A stretch of 64,000 bases of DNA from an uncultured Polynucleobacter sp. (lineage in GTDB: Bacteria; Bdellovibrionota_B; Oligoflexia; Oligoflexales; RGVZ01), in contig CAYOEM010000005.1 of NCBI GenBank assembly GCA_964402975.1, positions 39,730 through 103,729 of the forward strand, given 5' to 3'. Below are positions 1 to 9,815 of the stretch, in pieces (position 1 is the stretch's first letter; every line of letters starts with the position of its first letter). The notes beneath the pieces were generated by a model. The model saw only the letters and a program-made list of their open reading frames with translations, had not been told where the DNA came from and ran no database searches. The translations under genes were made by a program, and so were the position numbers.

Positions 1-2
1 CC

Positions 3-1358
3 CGCCTCATTGCATTCGACGCATTTGTCGAAGTCATGGAAAAAAATAGAAAACCAGAAGATGTGCTAGATGAGTTTTACGCACAAAATTCTAAAGACCT
101 AAAGCGTATTGATCGCAATCTTACCAAGGAGATTCTTTACGGGGGACTTCGATGGTACAAAAAGATTCTCTGGATTCTTCAGCATACCTCAAAAAAAAGA
201 GATCTTTCCAAAGTTAGCCCACAAGTTCGAGCTGCTTTGATACTCGGTACCTATCAAATTTTTTATATGGACCGTATTCCTGACCGCGCTGCTGTTAACG
301 AGAGTGTCGAATATGTTCGAGCCAAAGGCGAAGCTTCGGCGGTCCCGTTTGTGAATGGAATATTGCGACAAATCGCTCGCCGTGCTGAATATTTTACGAA
401 ACCAGATAAAACGACAAAGCCAGTCGAATATCTGGCGCTTCAATTCTCACACCCTGAATGGATCGTTCGCAGGTGGCACAAACGGTTCAGTTTTGAGCGT
501 CTAGAGACCATGCTTGCAGCTAATAACCAGCCGCCACCGTTGTTTATTCGAGCCAACACCCTCAAAATTCAACCAAAAGATCTTCAGGCATCCCTACTTA
601 GAGATGAACAAAGTCAGTCCGATAAAACGAGCTTGAAAGGCTGTATTCTTCTCAAGAAACATCCGGACATGACCCCAGAAAGCTTATTTGCAAGGGGATT
701 TTACACCATTCAAGATCAAGCATCCCAGATCATCCCTCTCCTCATTAAGCTTGAACCCGAGATGACGATCATTGACGCGGCCGCTGGACCGGGTGGCAAA
801 CTCACCCACATTGCAGAGCTCGGCGGTCCATCGGTCAAAATTATCGCTGTGGAAAAAAGCGAAAGCCAAATGCGAAGGGCTCAAGACAATGCGGCACGTA
901 TGGGGCCCTACGAACAGATTCAATGGATACTGAGTGACTTCAAAGACTACAAACCTTCATCACCAGTCGACCGCATATTGCTTGACGCTCCTTGCACGGG
1001 AATGGGCGTGCTGCGTCGACACCCCGAGGGGAAATGGCAAAAAACCGAGGCCGGCATATCAGAAATGGCATCAGCACAAAGAGAACTGCTTAAGCACGCT
1101 TTCGGACTTTTGAAGGTTGGCGGAGAGATGATCTACTCGGTTTGCAGTTTTGAGTCGGAGGAGACTGAAGATCATCTAAAATGGCTTGAGAAAGAGCTAC
1201 CAAGTCAATTTGAGGTGATCACTCCGGTGTCTCGCTTACCCGACTACTTTAAAAAGTATGTGACCAGGCAAAACGTATTAATGATTTTTGCAGGTAACCA
1301 AGACGATATGGATGGGTTTGGAGCGTTCATTATCAGGCGTAAAGGACCAAAACAATGA
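3..1358 (+). CDS. rsmB: 16S rRNA m5C967 methyltransferase RsmB/Sun (5'-partial: the frame is open to the window edge, first ATG at 36)
   Basis: NusB-like N-terminus (AAVNESVE, FVNGILR); SHPEW; IQDQAS; DAAAGPGGK SAM motif; LLDAPCTGMG and YSVCS catalytic Cys motifs. Confidence 0.95.
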   Translation, partial: RLIAFDAFVEVMEKNRKPEDVLDEFYAQNSKDLKRIDRNLTKEILYGGLRWYKKILWILQHTSKKRDLSKVSPQVRAALILGTYQIFYMDRIPDRAAVNESVEYVRAKGEASAVPFVNGILRQIARRAEYFTKPDKTTKPVEYLALQFSHPEWIVRRWHKRFSFERLETMLAANNQPPPLFIRANTLKIQPKDLQASLLRDEQSQSDKTSLKGCILLKKHPDMTPESLFARGFYTIQDQASQIIPLLIKLEPEMTIIDAAAGPGGKLTHIAELGGPSVKIIAVEKSESQMRRAQDNAARMGPYEQIQWILSDFKDYKPSSPVDRILLDAPCTGMGVLRRHPEGKWQKTEAGISEMASAQRELLKHAFGLLKVGGEMIYSVCSFESEETEDHLKWLEKELPSQFEVITPVSRLPDYFKKYVTRQNVLMIFAGNQDDMDGFGAFIIRRKGPKQ

Positions 1359-2224
1359 CCTCAGGCCAAATCAAAAAATGCGGGCTATTCTTGGCTCTTA
1401 CAATCTTTAGTTCATTTTCGGATGACGTTTGGGCCGCAGATCAACGGCAAGAATTTTCCGACTTCTCAAGTTTGCGAGCCGATGTACTATCAAAAATCGG
1501 AGGCGCTTCCAAACGCATCTGGGTTGTCACTGATTTTTTGAGCGATGCCGAAATCGTTTCATCTTTATTCATTGCCCAGTACCGAAAACTCGATATATCT
1601 ATCCTACTCGGTAAAGACCGAGCCTCTCATATTCTTAGTCGATTGAACTACTTAAAGCAGGTCAATATTCCGGTCTCTTTGCGGCCGAAGGATTTCTACG
1701 CGAAGTATCGCTCTATCATTTTGATCGATAACCAAATTTTTGGAATAAATGCAGCTCTTGATCATATGAGTAAAAATGGCCGCTACGTGCTTGAACTGCT
1801 GACAACCGAGCAAATACCGGATTTTGAAAACAGATTCTCCGAGGCGGCCAAGTTGAAAAACGCCCCCCAGATGGCGCCGCTTCCGCAGGTGGGCAGAGCC
1901 CGACCAAACTCGCGCTACTATAAGGGTTCCGAATCATCGGCGTCACCCAGTCAGAACACCCCAAAAAGCGCGCCAACCAAGCAAATCGAGACGTCCAGTG
2001 CTCATAGTTCTGCTAGCTCGCCGGGCCTTTCAGATACAACAGCGATAGCCCCAAACGAAGATCCCGCCAAATCCCCCGCGGGTTACCGGTACCGTAGCCA
2101 GCGGAATAAGGCCCCGGAGGGAATTCCGACAAAACTGCCTAAAACAACCCTACGCCAGCAGCTTGAGCAAGAGCGAGAACGGCTACGGAGCAATGAATCG
2201 ACCAAACCTCCGGCTGCAGATTAA
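1355..2224 (+). CDS. Secreted PLD-like domain protein with degenerate HKD motif and S/P/A-rich tail
   Basis: Signal peptide; A-SKRIWVV, IVSSL..A..R...I.ILL and IILID pattern of single-domain PLD/Nuc; ATGA overlap with rsmB. Confidence 0.55.
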   Translation: MTSGQIKKCGLFLALTIFSSFSDDVWAADQRQEFSDFSSLRADVLSKIGGASKRIWVVTDFLSDAEIVSSLFIAQYRKLDISILLGKDRASHILSRLNYLKQVNIPVSLRPKDFYAKYRSIILIDNQIFGINAALDHMSKNGRYVLELLTTEQIPDFENRFSEAAKLKNAPQMAPLPQVGRARPNSRYYKGSESSASPSQNTPKSAPTKQIETSSAHSSASSPGLSDTTAIAPNEDPAKSPAGYRYRSQRNKAPEGIPTKLPKTTLRQQLEQERERLRSNESTKPPAAD

Positions 2225-2299
2225 CCCAAATTTATGATAGAATCGTTCCCAGGGCGATCTAGGTCTTGTTTCATGTCAGGATTGTGAGGAGTCGAATAG

Positions 2300-2872
2300 A
2301 TGTTTTTTTTGACGTTGAAAAACTTGATGCCTTTGCGCACATGGGCAATTGCACTGTCGGTCATGTCATTCACCGGGTGTGTTAGAAGTTGCGGAAACCA
2401 ACGAAGCTCGATGCCCCCAGAAAAAGTCGTCGAAGCATACCTGAATACAGCACTTAACATGCAAAATTTAGCTCAGCGAGAAGAACTCTTGCAATACACC
2501 ACTGGGCGTCTTAAAGACGCCATTGTCTCCGCATCTGATGACGTGATTACAAATGCCTACATCAATAGACACTACGAACTTCAATCCTACGATGTCGTGG
2601 AACGGCGTGATAAAACCCCGAGAGAAACCGAGATCACATTTAAGCTTAAGTATAAGGACCTCGGCATCGCCGATAAAAGACCTACGGACACATCCAGTGC
2701 CCCAACAGTCCAAACCGAAAACTCCGTAGCGCTAATCAAAGAAAAAGGCGCCTGGTTCATCCGGGACGTCATAGGAGCCAAAACTCGTATCGACTTCCCC
2801 GTTTCTGGAGATTCAGAAATCCGGGCTAAAGCAGGTGAAATCACGGAGCCAGGACTGTCTAATTCTCCCTGA
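2300..2872 (+). CDS. Hypothetical lipoprotein (possibly NTF2-like)
   Basis: GAGGAG RBS; lipobox FTGC; PEKVVEAYL and LIKEKGAWFI motifs typical of NTF2-like lipoproteins. Confidence 0.6.
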   Translation: MFFLTLKNLMPLRTWAIALSVMSFTGCVRSCGNQRSSMPPEKVVEAYLNTALNMQNLAQREELLQYTTGRLKDAIVSASDDVITNAYINRHYELQSYDVVERRDKTPRETEITFKLKYKDLGIADKRPTDTSSAPTVQTENSVALIKEKGAWFIRDVIGAKTRIDFPVSGDSEIRAKAGEITEPGLSNSP

Positions 2873-2896
2873 TTCGCCTTTTGGTATCTGACGATT

Positions 2897-4165
2897 CTAG
2901 GCGCTGTAGCGAACCTCGTATTCGCCAAGCGTTGTGACTTGCTCGAGGAATCCAAAATCCCCTTTCGACAGACTGGGCTTGCGGCCTCGCTTGGAAACTC
3001 GGAACTGACTGATGACCTTTCCGCCCTTGCCAGACTGGACGACCTTGATCCTGTAATCCTGGGCAAGGTCTCGGAAAATTTTTCTTATCTCAGCAGATGA
3101 TTCTAAACTTCGTATCCAGGCCGCACAGTCGCCAAAGGGAGCAAATTTATAGAGCTCTTGAAGCACTTCACGCCCCAGATCTTTGTGGCCAAGATCGCTG
3201 GCCACTTTATAAAGAGCAATGAGATGCCGCGCGTAACTGAGAGCTGCGGGACACAGCTCGTTCTCGTGACTCAACGAGATGACGTGAGATCCCAGCTCAT
3301 GCATAAAAAGACAGAATCTTTCGGACTCTTTTAGCATATACTGTTTAAATATCTCGTGGAGCATCCTCTGACTGTCTCCGCCAGCTTCGAGAGCGCATGG
3401 CAAATTCTCGAGAAGAAATTGCGCTGCAACTTTTTCGCTTTTTTTGAAGAACAACTGCTGAAAAAGCACTTCCATGATTGAATGGCCAAATCGACTCATC
3501 AAACGAGTGTAGTTTTTCTTACCCACATTCCCGTATTCTGTTTGACTAAAATATCGCAACAAACAAATTCTGACCGCCTGGACGTTCGTGTTACTCACGC
3601 TGAGCAAGTATGCTGCAATATGATCTGACAAGGAGCGACTTTTTTCGATTCGCCCAGGATCATCATCCTCAATTCTTTGAATATTTAGTCCAATTTCACA
3701 TATGAGAGCCACCGCCGATGAAATAACGGACTTGGATAGCTCATCATCTCCAACCTCACCGCCCAAACTAATTTCCACCAAGTGACGGGTGACGTTTTCA
3801 AACTCATCACTATCGAAAAGAGCTTCGAGGAACGCGACCATAACGGTTTCTTGACCAGACGCATTGATGACCGCATACAAGCTTTCAACAAGAATCTCAG
3901 AGGCAAGTCGGTCGTTGAATCGCTCTCCCATACGAAGTGCGATATGCTTGACCAACTCACAGGAGTGCTCATCGCCTAAAATTCTTGACACCGAGCGACC
4001 ATCCGTCCAAGACAATAGATGGCCCATATCAATCAAACGTTTCGCGTCGACGATATCTTTAACCTGTTTCCAACTCATAGTTTTTTTATTTTTACTCGAT
4101 AACATGACGGATGACCTCAATGAAAGTTCGGAAAAGAACGTGACGCGAATTTTGCCTTCAACCAA
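2897..4165 (-). CDS. Hypothetical alpha-helical cytoplasmic protein
   Basis: 422-aa ORF overlapping the upstream GYF-PilZ stop; no recognisable motif; true start may be about 4105. Confidence 0.7.
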   Translation of the reverse strand: MVEGKIRVTFFSELSLRSSVMLSSKNKKTMSWKQVKDIVDAKRLIDMGHLLSWTDGRSVSRILGDEHSCELVKHIALRMGERFNDRLASEILVESLYAVINASGQETVMVAFLEALFDSDEFENVTRHLVEISLGGEVGDDELSKSVISSAVALICEIGLNIQRIEDDDPGRIEKSRSLSDHIAAYLLSVSNTNVQAVRICLLRYFSQTEYGNVGKKNYTRLMSRFGHSIMEVLFQQLFFKKSEKVAAQFLLENLPCALEAGGDSQRMLHEIFKQYMLKESERFCLFMHELGSHVISLSHENELCPAALSYARHLIALYKVASDLGHKDLGREVLQELYKFAPFGDCAAWIRSLESSAEIRKIFRDLAQDYRIKVVQSGKGGKVISQFRVSKRGRKPSLSKGDFGFLEQVTTLGEYEVRYSA

Positions 4166-4709
4166 CTTTGCTCTCTGAAGCTAGGCGTTTTGACGCCACC
4201 ATCCGTTCAATCTCGTCCGTAATGCCTTTATCCAATCCAACAAAAGTCAGGCCAAATCCAACCGGAAACCGGGGATCCGAGTTATAACGCACGACCCGGG
4301 CAAAAACGTTAAACGCCTTCACAAAGCCGTCAATACGTACCGATAGCTTTAACTTGTCACCAACCGTGAAAATCTGCTCAGCCGTCTCTACAAAAATGCC
4401 AGAGGCAGAAATGTTGACCCCGCTGCCGATAATCATTTGCCCGTTGTTGTGCACAATGACGCGGCCCTGTATCGATGCCCGAGGAGCCGAGTAGCGCCTT
4501 TCAGACGACGATAGTTGCTGACTTCCAGATGGCTTCACACCCAGCTCTTCGAGACAGTCCTCCACCGGGCGCCAATCCTTCCATCCAGCCTTGAAAAGAT
4601 AAGCATCTTGAGCGATCATCTTAGTGTCGAGCATTTGCTTGACCTGAGCGGTCACAAATGGACCAAGTTGCTGATTACCTTGATAGACAAACCAATTTTG
4701 CTCGCTCAT
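4158..4709 (-). CDS. GYF_2 (DUF4339) + PilZ domain protein
   Basis: WFVY..QQLGPF...LFKAGWKDW (GYF_2); RRYSAPR...NISASG (PilZ); AGGAGG RBS. Confidence 0.88.
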   Translation of the reverse strand: MSEQNWFVYQGNQQLGPFVTAQVKQMLDTKMIAQDAYLFKAGWKDWRPVEDCLEELGVKPSGSQQLSSSERRYSAPRASIQGRVIVHNNGQMIIGSGVNISASGIFVETAEQIFTVGDKLKLSVRIDGFVKAFNVFARVVRYNSDPRFPVGFGLTFVGLDKGITDEIERMVASKRLASESKVG

Positions 4710-4776
4710 AAGTTCCTCCTCGCTCTGCTGCGTGGGTTCAAGACTGGCCTTGACCCTAGCCTCAATTGCACAGGAG

Positions 4777-4803
4777 AGATCGGCCGGTCAGGAAAACCCT
4801 TTA
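4777..4803 (-). promoter_or_regulatory. Sigma28 (FliA)-type promoter for the GYF-PilZ gene
   Basis: Minus strand reads TAAA-N15-GCCGATCT against consensus TAAA-N15-GCCGATAA; about 68 nt upstream of the ATG. Confidence 0.75.
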
Positions 4804-4843
4804 GGAAAAAAACAAATTTTTTTGTAAAGCAAAAGGATTTCAG

Positions 4844-5419
4844 ATGTTTAGATCACCCAAATTCTTCAAGGCACTGCTTTTGCTATGGGGCCTTTCGGCC
4901 TCACTAACCGCGATTCTAGCGGGCGAGCCCACATTCAAGATCGACACCCCCCCCACCACCGCTGAATGGCAACACTTTAACCGCATGAATGCTGCCCAGT
5001 TAAAACGACTCTGGCATCATCAGAAGAATCGCGGCTATCAAAAGCTTGGGGATTGGGCTTGGCAGTGGCGAATGGGCTGGATGAGGCGCTGCTCCGAAGG
5101 AAGCATGCCCGAGGTTTGTACGAACCTCGTTTTAGAGGGCCTGAAAGACGAAGCTATGGTGGTCAGAGCCGAAGCTGCAAACACCATTGCAGTCATTTAT
5201 CGCGGCAAGCCAGATCAAACCATCATAGAAGAACTAAGTAATGCGTTCTCGGACCCCCGCAATGTTCGACACGGCAGCCCATTATTCGTGTGTGACCGTA
5301 TCTTAACGGCACTTCATAACATGGGCGGTCCGACCGCGGACTCAGTGGCAATTGGCCTTGCTAATAAATTCCCGACAACCGCCGCATACTGGTCGAAGGT
5401 TCGAAGGCAAAATCCGTGA
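4844..5419 (+). CDS. Secreted HEAT-repeat-like protein
   Basis: Signal peptide; GLKDEAMVVRAEAA HEAT-like motif. Confidence 0.6.
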   Translation: MFRSPKFFKALLLLWGLSASLTAILAGEPTFKIDTPPTTAEWQHFNRMNAAQLKRLWHHQKNRGYQKLGDWAWQWRMGWMRRCSEGSMPEVCTNLVLEGLKDEAMVVRAEAANTIAVIYRGKPDQTIIEELSNAFSDPRNVRHGSPLFVCDRILTALHNMGGPTADSVAIGLANKFPTTAAYWSKVRRQNP

Positions 5420-5563
5420 AAACAATCGATTGGGAAATACACCTGCCAAATCGTCTTTAATGATCTGAAATCATTTATTTTTTTGACAATTCAGTAGGCG
5501 GGCTTGATTTGTCGGGCACATCTGCCGAAGAGATCTTACTGGTCTCTCGGAGGTCGACTGCAA

Positions 5564-6184
5564 ATGAATAAAACCGTTTTTGCACTAGCACTCACACTTG
5601 GCTTTGGAACATCCTGCGCACCAGAAGGGAGCTCAGGTACCCAACCACCTAGAAAAACAGTCCCTCAAGATAGCGGCAAGGGCGGGAACGAGGATGGAAC
5701 ACCAGCACCCTCCATATCAAGTGCGTCCGCATTGAAAGGTGACGCGAAGTGCTGGAAGAAAATGCTTGATACACCTGACTACCTCGCCTGCAAGTCAGCC
5801 GGGAAAATCTATAACCGCATGAAAAAAGTATGTGTTGAACTCGGAATGAAGCGCAGCAACGACTGCTCCCAAGTTCCAGCAGCTGCGATAGCTAATGCTA
5901 GGGCCTCGATTTTGTCAAAACTACCTGATGCATACATCACAACCGATCAATGCGGAACCTACACTCTGCAAGGCAAAAGCTACGTTTTCGCGTATGTCAT
6001 GGGCCAGAAGTTTACAGAAGCCAAGACGAAGCCACCAGAGGGCGCAAGCTATGCCATCCAAGTCAGCTCACTTTGCGATGCACCCAAATCTCCAGTCAGT
6101 GATCGAAGCGTGTGTGATCACGAATCACTCAAAATTAGCAATCCTGCGCCAGTGAAGTCTGAAGATCTAGGCAACTGCGACTAG
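5564..6184 (+). CDS. Cys-rich hypothetical lipoprotein
   Basis: GGAGG RBS before ATG 5564; signal MNKTVFALALTLGFGTSC; several Cys. Confidence 0.75.
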   Translation: MNKTVFALALTLGFGTSCAPEGSSGTQPPRKTVPQDSGKGGNEDGTPAPSISSASALKGDAKCWKKMLDTPDYLACKSAGKIYNRMKKVCVELGMKRSNDCSQVPAAAIANARASILSKLPDAYITTDQCGTYTLQGKSYVFAYVMGQKFTEAKTKPPEGASYAIQVSSLCDAPKSPVSDRSVCDHESLKISNPAPVKSEDLGNCD

Positions 6185-6262
6185 ATTTTTGCCAAGAACA
6201 GGCTAAATTTTTAAGAATATTGAATTAATTTCAGGGTGTTAAGACAATTAATCACGCCCCCG

Positions 6263-6289
6263 TTAAGAATTACGCAATAGTTCCGAACA
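6263..6289 (+). promoter_or_regulatory. Putative sigma28-type promoter
   Basis: TTAA-N15-TCCGAACA about 34 nt upstream of ATG 6323; same -10 octamer as at 59320. Confidence 0.45.
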
Positions 6290-6322
6290 GGCTAAGAGGG
6301 AAGGCTTGCCAAGGGGGCTATC

Positions 6323-9300
6323 ATGAATATATCCAAGAGGCTAATAGAGACTGCTCTAGCAGGGACTGCGCTTATCGCTTTAACGTCCTGCAACCAGCCA
6401 TCAAAGCCTGTAGCATCAACTCAAAAGACGCCAGCTCAAACCACAAGCAGCCCACCCGCCCCAACCGTGGCTAGCTCACTAGTTTTTGATTCATTATCAG
6501 CTACCACGATTTACACGTCCGATGCTGGAACTAACAATTGCACCACGTTCTCTCTTTTAGCGAAAAGTGACTCAAAACTCCCCGTTGAAAATGCAAGTAT
6601 TGTCGTCTCCCTTGCAGGCGTCAAGGATGAGGAACTTAGCTCATTTGGCCAGCTATCAACTCCACTGACCACCGGAAGTGATGGCAAGGCCACGGGTAGT
6701 TTCTGCGGGGCCATGAAAATCGCGAAGGTAAAGCTTTATGCGGTTACTGGAACAATCAAAGCGAACTCCGCTGAGATTAGCATTGTCACAAAACCTTTTT
6801 ACTCGTTCACATATCGTAATAGCGACTTTGATTCTACCAGTGCAAAACCGACCGAATTACTTCAGCTAAACCTGCTTGATTCAGGGCCTAACGATTGTGG
6901 GAACGTTTACTTCCAGCTTCTCAAAGTTAAGGACCCAGTCCCAAACGTCACCATGACGTTCAAATCTGACTACGGATACCCAGCCGGAACCAAACTTCGC
7001 CCGAGATCTGTCGCAGGGTCTTTTGAAACCGACGCGACCACTGGCCGCACATTCTTGTCGTACTCTGCGACATCTGACAGCGACGGTGTTTTTAAAGTTC
7101 CAGTTTGCTCGGGTCAGCTACCCGGATCTTTCATTGTCTACGCTTATTACACGGACGAATACGCTAAGGTCAGTTATGCGAAGTCACCAAGCCTCATTAT
7201 CAGCTCGGGAATTGCAAATCTCACGACTCTAGCCCTAACTTATAACTCAACAAATGCGCGAACTCTCACGGCGCTTTTTAACAACGAAACACCCGCACCA
7301 TTGGAAATGACCGCTAGGATTAGCTCGGCGTTTGGAGGATCTTTGAGCGTGCGTAATCCTGTCTATTTGCACTCTGAAAGTGGCTCTTTAAACTATGACT
7401 CTGGTGGCGTCCCTGACCAGACCGGTTCTTTGAAATTTTCGATGTTGGCGTCTTACAATGGTTCAGCTCGCCCCACAGCCGTGAAACCATTTCAAGATCC
7501 AGCTGCACTGGCCACCTGTAACCCGGAGGCGATTGCAAAAGAAACTTACAAACCGATTGCTGCGGGTAACTTCGTCCCAGGGCAAAGCTACCGCATAGTG
7601 TCGCCTGGCAGTACGGATTTTACGGCTATCGGCGCGCCTAACAATTTGGCTGGGACAGCATTTATTGCCACGGGCCCGGGCACGGGCAACGGGGTCGCAG
7701 AAATCTATAAAATATTCAAAGCTGGTAACTTTAAAGTAGGGGCGAGCTACAAGATCGTATACCCAGGGTCAACAAACTTCACTCTCTTAGGCGCCTCGTC
7801 TAGCAATGTTGGAACCACGTTCACAGCCACGGGAGTTGGCTCAGGAGACGGTCTGGCTGAACTCGGCGCTTCAGTTAAGGCCGGAGATTTTATAACCGGC
7901 AGCAGATACAAAATCACAAATGTCGGTACTACGGACTTCGTAGCGCTTGGAGCAAGCGCAAATACGACGGGAACGATATTTACAGCAACCGGACCAGGAA
8001 CTGGAACTGGCACTGCAGATTTTGATGATTCGTTTACGGCTGGAAGCTTTCGAGCTGGATCTGCCTATCAGATAGTTTCAACGGGCGACACCAACTTTCT
8101 CGCCGTCGGTTCGAGCTCTAATTCACCTGGCACAATTTTCACTGCATCAGGCAGCGGCAGCGGCACTGGCACCGCGAAACTACTGACATCGACGTCCTTT
8201 CAGGAGCTCGCTAAGAACTGGCGTTCGACGCTCGTATACATGATGCGTGGCCAGGAGCCGTTTAATGATGCTAACAGGAATGGAAAATATGACGCCGGCG
8301 GAGACGGCTTTTGGGACAAAGATCAAGATGGTGCATATTCGCAGGGTATCGACAGTGTGACCTTCTTCGGTGTCATTCCATCTGGAGCAGGATGTCGCTG
8401 TCTGGGCGCCAATGGAGTTGCAAACGCTACCCCACCCGTCCAGGGCAAGCAGACTTCTGCGTGTACGGAGGATCCGACCAAAGCATCGTGTTTTAGACGA
8501 GGCAGCGAGTGGTTCATCGATCAGCCGACTCCCTTTATTGATGCCAATGAAAATGGATTTTTCGAAGAAACCGTGGCTGGAGTACCGATGGACAGACTTT
8601 TAGGAGATGTTTACTTGGATCCCAATGGTACGCGTGATGTGGACACTCTCATCTGGAAATCTGTGACTTTGCCAATCTACACAGGTACCTCACCTTATGC
8701 CATGGTTCGCGCTGCTATTAAGTCGGGCGCAACCTTGAGTGCAGATGATAATCCAGACCCCACGGAAATAGCACCCGTCACTGATTACTTTCAAGACCTT
8801 GTGAACAGACGTCTGAATATTTATCCCGCTTCATATATTTCAAGGCTAGTGCACGCTCAAGAGTCTATGGATGACATCAATATGTTAAGTCTCGGCCAGG
8901 GCGCGTGGAGGGGATACCGTTGGGTTGGAGCACACGGTATTTGCGGCACACCAGTGCCTGGTGGCACAGAGATCTCAGCTAAAAGTGAAAAAATCTCAGA
9001 GCTATTTGGTGACCGAGCCATAACGTTCAATTTTTACATGCAGCCGGGTGATCAAATTCTTGATCCATCAAGACGTTTAATCACTGGAACCGGCGGAAGC
9101 TCTGCTAAAGTTAACTTCAATATCCCCGATCACGCATCTGCTGCCGCCGGGTATCCCGTCGAATACTCGCTCGAGGTGGCGCCTTGCAATCGCCCAGTTC
9201 CAAATAGCATTAATGGCGGAATTTGGTGCGCGGCTGCCACTCACCGCATCGATACCACCTTGGACGGCAACACCGTGAGCGCAGCTTTATTTGTGCCAGA

Positions 9301-9403
9301 ATACAAGGTCCCTCCGGATGATGCGAATGGCGCGCCTCAAATTCTATGTAAAGCGGACCATGTACTCAATTATGCGACGGGAAGTTGTGAATCAGTCCTG
9401 TAG
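6323..9403 (+). CDS. Large surface lipoprotein with Ig-like (invasin/Big_1-like) domains, 4x53-aa repeats and DxNxNG Ca-binding motifs
   Basis: Lipobox LTSC; TTGSDGKATGSF and TSDSDGVFKV Ig-like motifs; EPFNDANRNGKYD, DKDQDGAY, PFIDANENG. Confidence 0.8.
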   Translation: MNISKRLIETALAGTALIALTSCNQPSKPVASTQKTPAQTTSSPPAPTVASSLVFDSLSATTIYTSDAGTNNCTTFSLLAKSDSKLPVENASIVVSLAGVKDEELSSFGQLSTPLTTGSDGKATGSFCGAMKIAKVKLYAVTGTIKANSAEISIVTKPFYSFTYRNSDFDSTSAKPTELLQLNLLDSGPNDCGNVYFQLLKVKDPVPNVTMTFKSDYGYPAGTKLRPRSVAGSFETDATTGRTFLSYSATSDSDGVFKVPVCSGQLPGSFIVYAYYTDEYAKVSYAKSPSLIISSGIANLTTLALTYNSTNARTLTALFNNETPAPLEMTARISSAFGGSLSVRNPVYLHSESGSLNYDSGGVPDQTGSLKFSMLASYNGSARPTAVKPFQDPAALATCNPEAIAKETYKPIAAGNFVPGQSYRIVSPGSTDFTAIGAPNNLAGTAFIATGPGTGNGVAEIYKIFKAGNFKVGASYKIVYPGSTNFTLLGASSSNVGTTFTATGVGSGDGLAELGASVKAGDFITGSRYKITNVGTTDFVALGASANTTGTIFTATGPGTGTGTADFDDSFTAGSFRAGSAYQIVSTGDTNFLAVGSSSNSPGTIFTASGSGSGTGTAKLLTSTSFQELAKNWRSTLVYMMRGQEPFNDANRNGKYDAGGDGFWDKDQDGAYSQGIDSVTFFGVIPSGAGCRCLGANGVANATPPVQGKQTSACTEDPTKASCFRRGSEWFIDQPTPFIDANENGFFEETVAGVPMDRLLGDVYLDPNGTRDVDTLIWKSVTLPIYTGTSPYAMVRAAIKSGATLSADDNPDPTEIAPVTDYFQDLVNRRLNIYPASYISRLVHAQESMDDINMLSLGQGAWRGYRWVGAHGICGTPVPGGTEISAKSEKISELFGDRAITFNFYMQPGDQILDPSRRLITGTGGSSAKVNFNIPDHASAAAGYPVEYSLEVAPCNRPVPNSINGGIWCAAATHRIDTTLDGNTVSAALFVPEYKVPPDDANGAPQILCKADHVLNYATGSCESVL
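7562..8197 (+). repeat. Four tandem 159-bp (53-aa) intragenic repeats, consensus AGxF..G..Y.I...G.T[DN]F...GA..N..GT.FTATG.G.G.G.A
   Basis: Unit starts at 7562, 7721, 7880 and 8039 (exact 159-nt period); DNA diverged while the protein motif is conserved. Confidence 0.92.
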
Positions 9404-9406
9404 TTA

Positions 9407-9796
9407 TCACCGATTAGGTTCGATCAACGTCAAATCAATATACCCAGTCACCCAAGCGAAAATCCGAGGGTTTGAGTAGCAATACTCTGCAATTCCTTCT
9501 TGATGGAAATTAACCGTGCAGAAATGTGCGCCATCAGCGGCTCGCACGAATCTGTACTCTTTGGGCGACTGTGTGCACAGTCGGTCTTCATAAACTTTAG
9601 TACAGACATATGTTGACCCCTCATCCAGAGTTAACGCCAAGCGAAAAACCTTACTCCCTGGCTCACATGGATTCATGCCTGAGCCATCGGGGAAAAAGTT
9701 TCGCACGCAGACAGCGTCTGATCTTGGTGGCTCAGCTCCATAAACAAAGCCTATTGGTGCTAGCATGGCAAGCAACATCAAAACTAAAGCATTCAT
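9407..9796 (-). CDS. Small secreted Cys-rich protein
   Basis: Signal peptide; 6 Cys; AGGAG RBS; 19 nt downstream of the lipoprotein gene. Confidence 0.7.
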   Translation of the reverse strand: MNALVLMLLAMLAPIGFVYGAEPPRSDAVCVRNFFPDGSGMNPCEPGSKVFRLALTLDEGSTYVCTKVYEDRLCTQSPKEYRFVRAADGAHFCTVNFHQEGIAEYCYSNPRIFAWVTGYIDLTLIEPNR

Positions 9797-9815
9797 ATCG
9801 ACTCCTGTATTTAAA

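Noticed and set aside
7562-8197. CRISPR- or DGR-like repeat array
   Set aside because: Repeats are in-frame coding units conserved at protein level, with no spacers, cas genes or reverse transcriptase
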